IMG/VR virus record: IMGVR_UViG_3300048575_000506
Coordinates: 1 to 35,299 of that record
From: a virus
Lineage: Duplodnaviria; Caudoviricetes
Length of the DNA: 35,299 bases
Strand: one strand, 5' to 3'
This document shows positions 8,478-17,179 of this stretch, one piece after another. A program made the position numbers and the translations under genes. The notes under the pieces were generated by a model that worked only from the letters and a program-made list of their open reading frames with translations, was not told the DNA's origin and searched no databases. Every line of letters starts with the position of its first letter. Within the stretch, counting starts at the first letter, position 1.

Positions 8478-9824
8478 TCACGATTGGGGAAGCGGTTGGC
8501 CATCGAAACCGACCGGTTGACCATTGACGATCCAGCCGACGTGCTGGCCGTTTTTGAGTGCCTTGGCGGTTGCGCCGGCCGGTGGCGCGGCGGCGCCCGT
8601 GGGAGGCGCGGCGCCGCCAGTGGGGGGCGTCGGCGTCGGCGCCGCTTGGGCCGGGGGCGGCTGCGCGGCCTGCATTTGGCTGCCGATCTGTTGCAGCGTT
8701 TGCGCCTGCGCCGTGAGCGCTTGCGTTTTGCGCCGCACGTCGGCCAGCTCATCCGCGCCGGTCTGCGGCGGCGTGACGCCCGGCACCCACGTCTCGGAAA
8801 TATCACCCCCCGTTTGCGCCGCGCCGTAAGCCTGACGCTGCAATTGCATGTAATCGGCGGGGCGATTGCGCGCCATCCAGCTAAGTTGTTCATTGAATTT
8901 CTGTAGCCCCTGAAATTCCGGTTCGCGGGCATAATTGGCGAACCACAGCCGTCCGAGCCGCTCCAGCGCGCCGCCGACCGCCGCCGTGGAGGGGGGCTTA
9001 CTGGCCGGCGCTTTGTCCACTTTGGCCGGTTTGACCGGCGGCGTCGCAACCTGCACGCGCCGGCCGGTGGCGGGGTCCACATATTCACCGTAACCCTTGA
9101 GCCACTGCGCCTTGTCGGCTTTAGCCGGGGCGTCAAAGTGCGTCAGCTCGCGCAGGGTCGTGGGCTCGACGAAATAGCGGCGGCCGCCGACGGAGAATTC
9201 AATCGGCGCGCTGGCCTTGCGCCGCGCCGCTTCGGCGCTGGCGGCCACGCGCGCGGCGCTCATGCGCTCGTTAAACTGCTGCGCCGCCGAGGTCAGTTGC
9301 AACTGTGCCAGTGCGGTGGCGTCTTCGGGCGAAAGCCCTTGTGGCACGTTCAAAGCCGCCGGGCCAGTCCCCGTCATTGCCGCTGTCCCCGCCATTCCCG
9401 GCGCGCCAGCCTGGCCCGGCGTACCGGCCGCGCCGGGCGTCCCAGGCATACCGGGCATACCGGCCGCGCCGGACATACCAGCCTGCAAATTCGCCAGACC
9501 GCTGTGAAAAAGTCTGGCGCGCGTCAGTTGCCCCGCCTGGGCGGCCATGCCTTGCGCCAGCGGATTTTGCGGGGCTAGATTCGCGCCGAACTGCGCCAGT
9601 TGATTCATGACATTGGTGCCACGGTCGGAGGTGGCAAAGTTTTTGAAACTGGACCAGACCCCGCCGCCCGCAGCGGTCGGCGCGGGCGCGGGGGCCGCCA
9701 TGGGTCTTGCGGCCGGTGCGGCCGGTGGGGCCTGCGCCGCCAGCGTAGCTTGATAGGGGGAAAATAAAGCGCTCAGATCGCTTTGCGGTGGGGAAAAAAG
9801 CATCGTCGCCAAACCTTTCAGCAT
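8478..9824 (-). CDS. Putative DNA-ejection/internal virion protein
   Basis: 448 aa, Ala/Gly/Gln/Pro-rich; lies between the pilot-like gene and the giant protein. Confidence 0.6.
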   Translation of the reverse strand: MLKGLATMLFSPPQSDLSALFSPYQATLAAQAPPAAPAARPMAAPAPAPTAAGGGVWSSFKNFATSDRGTNVMNQLAQFGANLAPQNPLAQGMAAQAGQLTRARLFHSGLANLQAGMSGAAGMPGMPGTPGAAGTPGQAGAPGMAGTAAMTGTGPAALNVPQGLSPEDATALAQLQLTSAAQQFNERMSAARVAASAEAARRKASAPIEFSVGGRRYFVEPTTLRELTHFDAPAKADKAQWLKGYGEYVDPATGRRVQVATPPVKPAKVDKAPASKPPSTAAVGGALERLGRLWFANYAREPEFQGLQKFNEQLSWMARNRPADYMQLQRQAYGAAQTGGDISETWVPGVTPPQTGADELADVRRKTQALTAQAQTLQQIGSQMQAAQPPPAQAAPTPTPPTGGAAPPTGAAAPPAGATAKALKNGQHVGWIVNGQPVGFDGQPLPQS

Positions 9825-9827
9825 CCA

Positions 9828-10799
9828 TTACAAAGTGCCGCCCGCCAGTGCCAGCCCGCCTCCCGCAACCGCGCCGATCACGGTGCCGATTCCGGGGGCG
9901 ACCATGCTGCCCGCCAGCGCGCCGCTGGCCGCGCCCGACAGCGCGCCGCCCAGCATCGACAGGCCGCTGTTGCCCTTGCGCGTCCCCGCGCCCGGCACCG
10001 TCGCGCCCCCTTGCACATTGCCCAGCAGGTTGCCGGCATAAGCGAACAGTTCCAGATCCCACAGCGCGTCCTTGATCGCGAACTCGGCGTCATCGTCGAA
10101 ATATTCCTTCATCGCGACGATGCGCATCCGGGCGACTTCGGTTTCCATCGCCGCCGCCGCGCGCTCAAGTTCCACTTTGGCGAAGATCGATTTCAGCATT
10201 TCGCTCGTGGCGGCCGTGATCGCGACCAACCGGTCGCGCCACGCCTGCCGCTGCATTTCGGCGCTGAATTTCGCGACTTCATGCAGGTGGTCGCTTTCCA
10301 GCGCCGCCAGTGCGAACAGGTAGGCCGAGCCGCTGACGGCATTGGCGTCAAAGTAGCCCGCCGACAGGCGCGCCATACTGCGCAGGAGTTCGCGGCGCTG
10401 CTCCTGCTCAAAGGCCGCCACCAGCGGCGCAATCGTCTCCGGCCCGGCCAGTTCATTCGCGCGCGCGATGGCCGCCGTCTGCGCCGTTTGGTAATCGCTC
10501 GCGGCATCCAGCGCGCCGACCTTGCCGTGCAGCGCGTCCAGTTTGGCCTGCACGGCGGCCATTTCGCTGGTGGGATCAAAAGGCGCGAGATCGGCATACG
10601 GGGAGTGACCATAAGCGGCGTGCATGGCCTCCCGCATGGTCACATCGCCTTCCTCGACTTCGCCCAGCCAGCCCTTGTGCCGGTCTTGCAGGTAGGAAGG
10701 CCACGAGACTTTGCCCGACGAACCACCGCCGCCGCCCGAACCGCCGCCCCCTTTGTGCGCCACCCGTCCCAGTTGCTCCAGTACGCAGAGGCCCGCCAT
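9828..10799 (-). CDS. Putative DNA-ejection (pilot) protein
   Basis: GGAGG SD before ATG 10799; N-terminal KGGGGSGGGG and C-terminal glycine zipper GGALSGAASGALAG...GAVAGGG typical of podovirus ejection proteins. Confidence 0.7.
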   Translation of the reverse strand: MAGLCVLEQLGRVAHKGGGGSGGGGGSSGKVSWPSYLQDRHKGWLGEVEEGDVTMREAMHAAYGHSPYADLAPFDPTSEMAAVQAKLDALHGKVGALDAASDYQTAQTAAIARANELAGPETIAPLVAAFEQEQRRELLRSMARLSAGYFDANAVSGSAYLFALAALESDHLHEVAKFSAEMQRQAWRDRLVAITAATSEMLKSIFAKVELERAAAAMETEVARMRIVAMKEYFDDDAEFAIKDALWDLELFAYAGNLLGNVQGGATVPGAGTRKGNSGLSMLGGALSGAASGALAGSMVAPGIGTVIGAVAGGGLALAGGTL

Positions 10800-10801
10800 G
10801 G

Positions 10802-11248
10802 TTAAACCTCCAGCGTCAAAAAGCGGTACTGCGCCGCGCCGCCCAGGCGCTGCCACTGTTCCACCACGCGCTCACTGTCGCTGAAGGCCACGATGCGGTG
10901 GCAACCCTGCGCCGCCGCAAACTTGCGCAGCGCGGCCAGCCCAGCGGCCCAAATCTCGTCCGCCATGAAGCGCACTCCGGCCAGGGCGTAAACCAGCAGG
11001 TTGCGCACGCGCGAGCATTCGTCTTCGGAAATCGTGGTCGCCATCACGCCGACATAGACGGCGCCCGGCGTCCCCTCGCGCTCCGCCAGCGCCACCCACA
11101 GTTGCATGCCGCCGTTGAGCAATTCGGCCAGCATGTTGTTCATCCGTGCCGGGTCGCCGTAAGTGAAGGGCGGCAGGGCGCGTTCGAGCTGCGCGCGCAG
11201 CTCCGGCCAGTGTTTGCTGATCAGTTGCGGTCGCATGCGAATAATCAT
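10802..11248 (-). CDS. GNAT-fold/acetyltransferase-like virion-associated protein
   Basis: Likely start MIIRMRP at 11248 after AGGA; LLVYALAG...LRKFAAAQGCHRI pattern; conserved position after the nozzle gene in podoviruses. Confidence 0.6.
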   Translation of the reverse strand: MIIRMRPQLISKHWPELRAQLERALPPFTYGDPARMNNMLAELLNGGMQLWVALAEREGTPGAVYVGVMATTISEDECSRVRNLLVYALAGVRFMADEIWAAGLAALRKFAAAQGCHRIVAFSDSERVVEQWQRLGGAAQYRFLTLEV

Positions 11249-12822
11249 AGTTCCTGCCCCATGTTGGTCGCGCCGTACGGTCCGCGCAGATTGCGCCGAT
11301 CCGAGGCTTGCCATTTGACGGTGACGTAATCGAGCTGCGCGTTCGCCTCGGGTGTGCCCCGGAAGGCGACGCGGAAATCCGTGCCGACGATATTGATCCG
11401 TGCCCAGCCGTCGCGGTTGAGCGGCACCCAACTGGTTTGTGCGAACGGCGCGGCGCTGGCGAGCCGGTAAAAGATCGAGACGGCGGGCGCGCTCCAGCCA
11501 CTCAAGGCGACTTCCACCGCGTTGATGGTTTTGAGTCCCCGCACCTGCATGTCGAAACTGTCGGTTACCAATTCGGCCCGACCCGGCGCCGCCGCGCTTG
11601 CCGCATCGGCCGCCAAATCAGCAGCCAATCCGATCAGTCCCCCTTGCGTGTGCACGAGGCTGGTCAAGCTCTGGTCCAGTTCCGCGAGCCCCGCTTCGGT
11701 CAGCACAAATGAGCGCGCTGCGGCGCAGCAATAAAATTCATGTTCTTCGGGGTCGGCATGCACCAGCAGCGGCTGCGCCAGGAGCGGTTCAAACCATTCG
11801 CGGTAGCCGAGCCGCTCGGGCTGCAAATCGGCGCCGACCGTCCACAGGGCGCCCGAGAGATCAATCCACACCGCGCGCCGGCCGTCGCTCCCCGCCGCGC
11901 CGCGCCCCGCGATGCCGACCTCACTCACCGCCGCGAGGCCATAGGTCGGTTGCGGCAGGTTTACCGGCACCAGCGCCCACACGCCGTCATCGCCGAAGCA
12001 CAAAACCTTGTCCCCCAGCGGCAGCACGCGGCGCACCGCTCCCTGCATCGGCAGCGTCAGCCAACCGAATTCATTGCGCCGCATGGCATCGAGCAGCAGC
12101 GGCATTTGGGCGTCATCATCACTGGCGCCGCCGAGTCCGCCGGCCATGGCGTTTTCGCGCCCCATCAGCCAGCCTAGGTCGCCGCCGCCGACCTGCGACC
12201 ACCAGACTTGATTGGGTTGCATTTGCCCGTCAAACTTGAGCCCCGCCGCCGTCGCGACCGGCACCTGACCCAGCAGCCAATCCACCCAATCCGGTTGCAG
12301 CAGATTTGCGCCCAGTCCCCCGGCAATCAGTCGCCCCTTGTGGTCGCAGACGCTTTGCAGCGTCACGCGCGTGGAGCCCAGCGTCTTGGTTACTTCCCCC
12401 GCCCGCGCGGCGCCGTGCAATTGCCACAGCGTGACGGCGCCGTTGGTCAGCACCCAGCTTTGCTGAAAGTCGGCAAAATGCCACGGCCCGCCGCCGGGCG
12501 GAATGACAAAGGGCGCATCCGGTTCATCGGCAGCGAACAGCGCCAGCTCCGAGGCCGACCAGGTAATTTCATCGATCCGGTAAATTTTGGTTTCCGCGCA
12601 TAATAGTGTCACCCCTTTGCCGCGCAACAGTTGCGGGAAGGGCCACGAGACCGTGACGGCGGGGAGCGGATTGAGGATCGTTTCCGGCACGGCCAGCCCG
12701 AGCCTGGCTTTGGGTTTCAAATTCAGGCAGCGCACAAGGCCCGCCGGTCCGCGCGCATTGCGCGTGTCGGCGCGCAGCCCCGTTTTCAGCTCGCGGTCAA
12801 ATACAATGGAAAACTGGCGCAT
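11245..12822 (-). CDS. Tail nozzle / DNA stabilisation protein (P22 gp10- or T7 tubular B-like)
   Basis: 525 aa with beta-propeller-like repeats (VWWSQVG, CFGDDGVW); position downstream of the adaptor. Confidence 0.65.
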   Translation of the reverse strand: MRQFSIVFDRELKTGLRADTRNARGPAGLVRCLNLKPKARLGLAVPETILNPLPAVTVSWPFPQLLRGKGVTLLCAETKIYRIDEITWSASELALFAADEPDAPFVIPPGGGPWHFADFQQSWVLTNGAVTLWQLHGAARAGEVTKTLGSTRVTLQSVCDHKGRLIAGGLGANLLQPDWVDWLLGQVPVATAAGLKFDGQMQPNQVWWSQVGGGDLGWLMGRENAMAGGLGGASDDDAQMPLLLDAMRRNEFGWLTLPMQGAVRRVLPLGDKVLCFGDDGVWALVPVNLPQPTYGLAAVSEVGIAGRGAAGSDGRRAVWIDLSGALWTVGADLQPERLGYREWFEPLLAQPLLVHADPEEHEFYCCAAARSFVLTEAGLAELDQSLTSLVHTQGGLIGLAADLAADAASAAAPGRAELVTDSFDMQVRGLKTINAVEVALSGWSAPAVSIFYRLASAAPFAQTSWVPLNRDGWARINIVGTDFRVAFRGTPEANAQLDYVTVKWQASDRRNLRGPYGATNMGQEL

Positions 12823-13232
12823 CAGCTCTGCCCCCGGAACATCAGGCCGATCCAGATATCGCCGACCACCGGCGCCGCGTCCCCCACGCCGGTCAGTCGG
12901 CCCAGCGCCAGCGTTACCCGGTCTCCCGCCGCGACCGCCTGCTTAAGTTCGGTTTCATATTCCCCCGCTTTGGCCGGGAAGCGCTGCGCGCTGGTCGTGT
13001 CCGCGTTCTCAATCGTCAAGACGAACTCGGCATAAGCGACGTGCTCAAAGCGGCCGACAAACGCGCGCAGCGATTGCACCGTCCCCGCCCCGGCGGCCAG
13101 ATGCCGCAAGAGCACGCCGTCCGCATCGGGCAGCGCCACATGCGCCGAGATCGGCACGGCCTGCACCAGCGCGCGCGCCGCAGCGGCGCGCGCTTTGGAG
13201 GGACGCTCAAACAGCGGTTCCGGCGAAACCAT
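12822..13232 (-). CDS. Hypothetical virion protein
   Basis: 136 aa, tightly coupled to both neighbours. Confidence 0.6.
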   Translation of the reverse strand: MVSPEPLFERPSKARAAAARALVQAVPISAHVALPDADGVLLRHLAAGAGTVQSLRAFVGRFEHVAYAEFVLTIENADTTSAQRFPAKAGEYETELKQAVAAGDRVTLALGRLTGVGDAAPVVGDIWIGLMFRGQS

Positions 13233-13236
13233 TGCA

Positions 13237-14025
13237 TCAGCCTTTCATTTGACCGCTGGCCAGCGCCAAATCCTGCATCACCAGCTCGCGATCCAAACCG
13301 TTCAAGGCGGTTTGAATAGCTTCCAGCCAGTCGCGCGCCCCCTCGCGGTTGCGGTAACTGACCTCCAGGTGATAGGCGGCGGCCCAGCTAAGGATTTCGG
13401 GATATTGTTCAGTCCAAAAACTGCAATCGCAGTCCTGCACCAGTTGCGGGGGATAGAACCAGCCGACGACTTCAAATGTGCCGGGCGCATCCGTCGCCCG
13501 GTCCAGCACAATACCCCCCTGATGCCAGGGCGAGCCCAGCAGCGCCCCACCCATGCCGCCGCGAAAATCCAGCCGCGTTTGCCACTGGTTGGCATCGGGC
13601 GAGGCTTGCAGCGTGAGCGGCGCCCAGCGCGTCGGCGTGCCGCGCCCCTGACTGGCCACACTGGCCACACTATTGATGGGCGGGACCAGCCCCGCGTCCT
13701 CGCGCGGACCCGCGAGGTCCGCCGCCCCCGGACGCAATTCATCCTCGCGCGCGGGGGCAAGCTGGCGGCGGGATGCTTCAGTCACGAACCAGACTTCACG
13801 CGCCACGCGCAGGTCGGGCACGATGAAGTAATAACAGCCCGCCGGCAGGCGCGCCCAATGCCGCGCACACGCGCGCGGCGTCAGTTGCAGATTCTCCAGC
13901 GTGCGCTGCCCCGCATTGATCAGCCAGCGCGCCTGTCGCGCCCCGGCCTCATCGGCCGCGAAATCGGCGCGCCCGGTCATCTCAATGAACTGTTTCACCA
14001 CGGCCGCCAGCGGCATCGGTTGCAC
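13237..14025 (-). CDS. Head-tail adaptor
   Basis: N-terminal INAGQRTLE and C-terminal FWTEQYPEILSWAAAYHL motifs typical of adaptors; follows the capsid gene. Confidence 0.7.
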   Translation of the reverse strand: MQPMPLAAVVKQFIEMTGRADFAADEAGARQARWLINAGQRTLENLQLTPRACARHWARLPAGCYYFIVPDLRVAREVWFVTEASRRQLAPAREDELRPGAADLAGPREDAGLVPPINSVASVASQGRGTPTRWAPLTLQASPDANQWQTRLDFRGGMGGALLGSPWHQGGIVLDRATDAPGTFEVVGWFYPPQLVQDCDCSFWTEQYPEILSWAAAYHLEVSYRNREGARDWLEAIQTALNGLDRELVMQDLALASGQMKG

Positions 14026-14040
14026 TCGCTTTCAAGTTAT

Positions 14041-14068
14041 GGGCGGGTGTGCGCCGGCACCCCGCCCC
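14041..14068 (-). terminator. GC-rich hairpin after the capsid stop
   Basis: GGGCGGGTG...CACCCCGCCC imperfect inverted repeat just after the stop; no clear U-tract. Confidence 0.35.
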
Positions 14069-14080
14069 GTACTACAGGGC

Positions 14081-15227
14081 TCAGCTTTGCAGGTTGTCCG
14101 CCCCGACCCCTTGCAGGTAGCCCCAGCCCAGCGGATGATGGAATTCGAGCCCCGCTTCGGTCAGGTATTCCTCGATAATCCCGTCGATCTGCTGGGCGTC
14201 GCCCCCCTTCAGCATGCGATCATCGGCCTTGAACAGCGTGTCATCGATGTAGCGATACACGAGGTTCTCCGGCTCAAAGATCATCAGCGCGTGCTGCATC
14301 GTCGCTTCCTGATTAAAGAGCGGATGCGTTTTCAGGTAGAGCGTCCCCCAGGGCGTGATCCATTCGGCCACCTTGATCCCGAAGGCCGGCGCCTTGACCT
14401 GCAAGTTGATCTGGCCATAGGCTTCGGCCAGCTCGTTGATCCCCAGCAGCGCGCTGTTGCCGCAGAAGCACAGCTTTTCGGACTTCCCATAAAGGAAGAT
14501 GTCCTTCAGGCGATGATTCAGCCAGTGCCGCCCCGCCTCGAGCCACGTCTTGCCGCGATAAGCGGCGGCGCTTTCCAGCCGGTAATCGGCCACATTCTGG
14601 CTGGCCGCCTGCAAAATGGCATTGCGCAGGCCCCCGGTGGTCCGTTCAGGCTTGCCGTTCGCCCCGGCGTTCTCGCTGGCCGTGCCGAACAGAAAGGCCC
14701 ATTCCATTTCCACCGAGTGAATCTCGGCGGCCTCGCGCTTGGCTTCCTTGCGCGCATTCGTGGTGCGCAGCCGCGTGCGCAGGGCCGTGCGCGTCAGCGT
14801 CAGCGGCGTGCGGAAGATCTGGGTATAGTTGTTCCATTTGCTCGGATCATTGAGCAGCGCTTCGGGCATCGTGGCGCCTTCGGCGTTGATGTTGCCGACG
14901 CGCAGCGCCGTATCGACATCACTCAAGTTCTGGCTGGGGCTCTTGAGCGGCCCGGTCGAATTTTCCAGGAGGCGCGCCGCAAGGTACGAGTTTTCACCCG
15001 CGCCCCCTTTGGTCAGCACCTTGGCGTTGGTATCGACGCGAAAATCGCTCGACGAGCGCAGCAGCACCTGATGGCCGACGCGGAACATCGCCGCCGCGCC
15101 GGCGGCCAGCTTCACATAGACCGTCACGCCGGCGGCCTGATTGGTCGCCTCCGTGGCCAGCGCGGCATCGGTAAAAATGCCCGCCACCGGCACCGATTGC
15201 GCCGGAAATGCTTTCGTCCACCAATTG
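14081..15227 (-). CDS. Major capsid protein, exon 2 (SU10/DUF5309-like)
   Basis: NYTQIFRT, EMEWAFLFG, RTTGGL and EAGLE motifs; frame open from 15227 (C AAT TGG TGG ACG AAA). Confidence 0.9.
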
Positions 15228-15809
15228 CGCGTGGACCCCTGCGGCTTTCACCACGGGCCAGACTTTATCTTCACCCCTTCGGGGGTGCGGCGTGCAGAGT
15301 CGTTGAGGCAGCAAGCAGCCGGGTTTGTTTCAGCGCGTCATTAAAATACGCGCCCGCGCTCAGCAGTGAACGGAGCCCCGGCACGAGCGTGAAGGCGCTG
15401 CGGTAGCCGCGCGGAGTGGCCTTGATCGGCCCCACGTGGATGCCGAGCCGTTGCATCAGCGCGGCGGTTTGCTCCACCAGCGCGCGGCGCGTGTGCGTAA
15501 ACCCGACGCGCCAGCGCCCGCCCTGTTCATGAATCCAGCCCGCTTCATCCAGCAGCGCCGCCAGCGCCAGCAATTGCTCGCTGCGGTGCGCCGTAAAGAG
15601 TTCCGCCGGCAGCTCGCCGGGGGACTCATAACGGGCAGCGGCCCGCGCGCGCGCATAAGGTGAACCGTGCATTTGCTTGCTTTCCCTGCGGATTGCCCAT
15701 TGTGACATCCCGTGCGCTGTTCCTCTCAGGGGGCACGGGCTTTAGGGGGTTCCCGCATATCTCGCCGTTGTTTTGCCCCGGGTCTCGCCGGGGGGAGTCC
15801 AGTTAGTTA
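15228..15809 (-). ncRNA. Group I self-splicing intron (582 nt) in the major capsid gene
   Basis: P AUAUGCGGGAA (15760-15750), Q AAUCCGCAG (15694-15686), R CUCAACGACUCUG (15307-15295), S AAGAUAAAGUC (15271-15261); P1 GGAGUU/GACUCC with U-G at the 5' splice site; terminal G at 15228; P9 GAAA loop. Confidence 0.93.
15271..15672 (-). CDS. Intron-encoded degenerate/half LAGLIDADG endonuclease or maturase
   Basis: ALAALLDEAGWI...VGFTHTRRALVEQTAALMQRLGI resembles one LAGLIDADG domain; starts in L6 between the P6a arms GCAAGCA/UGCUUGC; alternative ATG at 15708. Confidence 0.65.
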   Translation of the reverse strand: MHGSPYARARAAARYESPGELPAELFTAHRSEQLLALAALLDEAGWIHEQGGRWRVGFTHTRRALVEQTAALMQRLGIHVGPIKATPRGYRSAFTLVPGLRSLLSAGAYFNDALKQTRLLAASTTLHAAPPKG

Positions 15810-15967
15810 AACTCCGGATCATCGACCTTTTCAGATTTAAGTCGGCCCAGCATCGCCGTCAGCGGTGCCTGCCCGTTGGGCCAGAGGTAAAGAATCCCCT
15901 CGCGGAAATTCTTCGGGCGTTCGTCAGTGACCCAATCGCCCGTACCACGCATTCCTAGAAACGGCAT
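15810..15967 (-). CDS. Major capsid protein, exon 1 (52 codons + 2 nt)
   Basis: AAAGGA SD, then MPFLGMRGTGDWVTDERPKNFREGILYLWPNGQAPLTAMLGRLKSEKVDDPE; the unspliced frame stops at 15803-15805; missed by the ORF track. Confidence 0.9.
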
Positions 15968-15984
15968 CTCGCGGTTTCCTTTCG

Positions 15985-16938
15985 TTAGTTAATGAGGTCT
16001 GCAATCATTTGTTCCCGCGCCGAGAGCGGCGTGGGTTCGGGCACGCGCCCGCCCGAAGGGCGCGCAAAGGCGGGCCGGCGCCCTTCACCGGCGGGGGCGG
16101 GCGGCGCGGCCATCAACGGTTTTTTGGCCAGATTCAGCCCCGCGCGCGTCGCCTGTTCGGTTTCCGAGAGCACCTGTTCATAAGACCAGTCGGGGTGCCG
16201 CGCTTCAATTTGCGCGCCCACGAACGTCACGTAATCCAGATGCGGCAGCAGGTCTTGATTGGCCTTGAAAAAATCATGCGCCAGTTGGTTGACATGCACC
16301 TGATGCGCTACCTGGGCGTGAATCGTGCGCGGCAGCTCGCGCAGGATTTCCTCGCGCGTGCGCTGCTGGATGCGCTCCGCAATGCGCGCGAACGTTTCGG
16401 GATGCGCCAGCAGCGCTTCATATTCCCCCGGCGCGATCAGCCCGCCGGCGGACGGCGCCGTGTCTGGCGCCGTGTCTGGCGCGGGGGGCGCGGCCGGTTT
16501 GGTCCGCGCTTCGCCGCTCATCCGCGCCGCAAGCTGCGTCAATTGTTCCGCCAACTGCTGATTTTCGGCGCGCAGCGCCGTCACATCCACCACGGCGGCG
16601 GGCTCCGGCATGGCTGCCGGTGCGGGGTCAACCGGGGTTTGGGCCGGGGGTGCCCCATCAGCGGGCGCCGCAGTAGCGGGCGCCGCATTCGCGGCGGGCG
16701 TATCCGCCGTCATCGGCTCGGCTTCCGGTGCAGTTTCGGCAGCGACCGCCTGCAAAGGCGCCGCCTGCAAAGGCGCCGTTTCGTCCGGGGCCGTCGCGGC
16801 CGTCGCCGCTTCAATCGGTTCGGCGCCCACCGGCGCCGCCGCGCTTGCCGAGGGTGGCTCCGCCACCGTCGGCGCGCCGCGCCATGCCGCCAGCGCGTCA
16901 TCCGCCAGCAAATCCAGTACCATCGCATCCTCAGCCAT
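15985..16938 (-). CDS. Capsid scaffolding protein
   Basis: Ala/Pro-rich N-terminal half, coiled coil and C-terminal short helix; lies between portal and capsid genes. Confidence 0.75.
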   Translation of the reverse strand: MAEDAMVLDLLADDALAAWRGAPTVAEPPSASAAAPVGAEPIEAATAATAPDETAPLQAAPLQAVAAETAPEAEPMTADTPAANAAPATAAPADGAPPAQTPVDPAPAAMPEPAAVVDVTALRAENQQLAEQLTQLAARMSGEARTKPAAPPAPDTAPDTAPSAGGLIAPGEYEALLAHPETFARIAERIQQRTREEILRELPRTIHAQVAHQVHVNQLAHDFFKANQDLLPHLDYVTFVGAQIEARHPDWSYEQVLSETEQATRAGLNLAKKPLMAAPPAPAGEGRRPAFARPSGGRVPEPTPLSAREQMIADLIN

Positions 16939-17179
16939 TGCTTCGCTCCTCGTGTGCGTTCAAAATTTCAAGTTGGGTCCGGGGGAGTTCCAGCACGTAA
17001 TGCAGCGCCTTGATCTGGCCGCGCAAAAACGCGTCGAATTCAGCGCGGGTTTCAAACTCGCTCGGCCGTTCAATGTTTTCCAGCAGCAGCCGATTGGCCG
17101 CCAGATTCTCCGCCAGTTGGCTCGCGACAAACTGCCATTCATCACCGGCTAAAAAGCGTTCCATGCCGAGACTGGTCAT
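16931..17179 (-). CDS. Small hypothetical protein after the portal
   Basis: 82 aa with LRGQIKAL helix; overlaps both neighbours. Confidence 0.7.
   Translation of the reverse strand: MTSLGMERFLAGDEWQFVASQLAENLAANRLLLENIERPSEFETRAEFDAFLRGQIKALHYVLELPRTQLEILNAHEERSNG

Noticed and set aside
14081-15193. 370-aa ORF as the complete capsid protein, or capsid gene as a pseudogene
   Set aside because: It lacks an SD and the N-terminus; intron removal restores a full ORF precisely
15228-15809. Intein interpretation (insert length is a multiple of 3 and LAGLIDADG-like)
   Set aside because: In-frame TAA at the start of the insert, ORF in a different frame, no intein terminal residues, and clear group I RNA motifs
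16453-16780. Short tandem repeats in the scaffold gene (APDT x2, PLQAA x2)
   Set aside because: Ordinary low-complexity slippage in a disordered region
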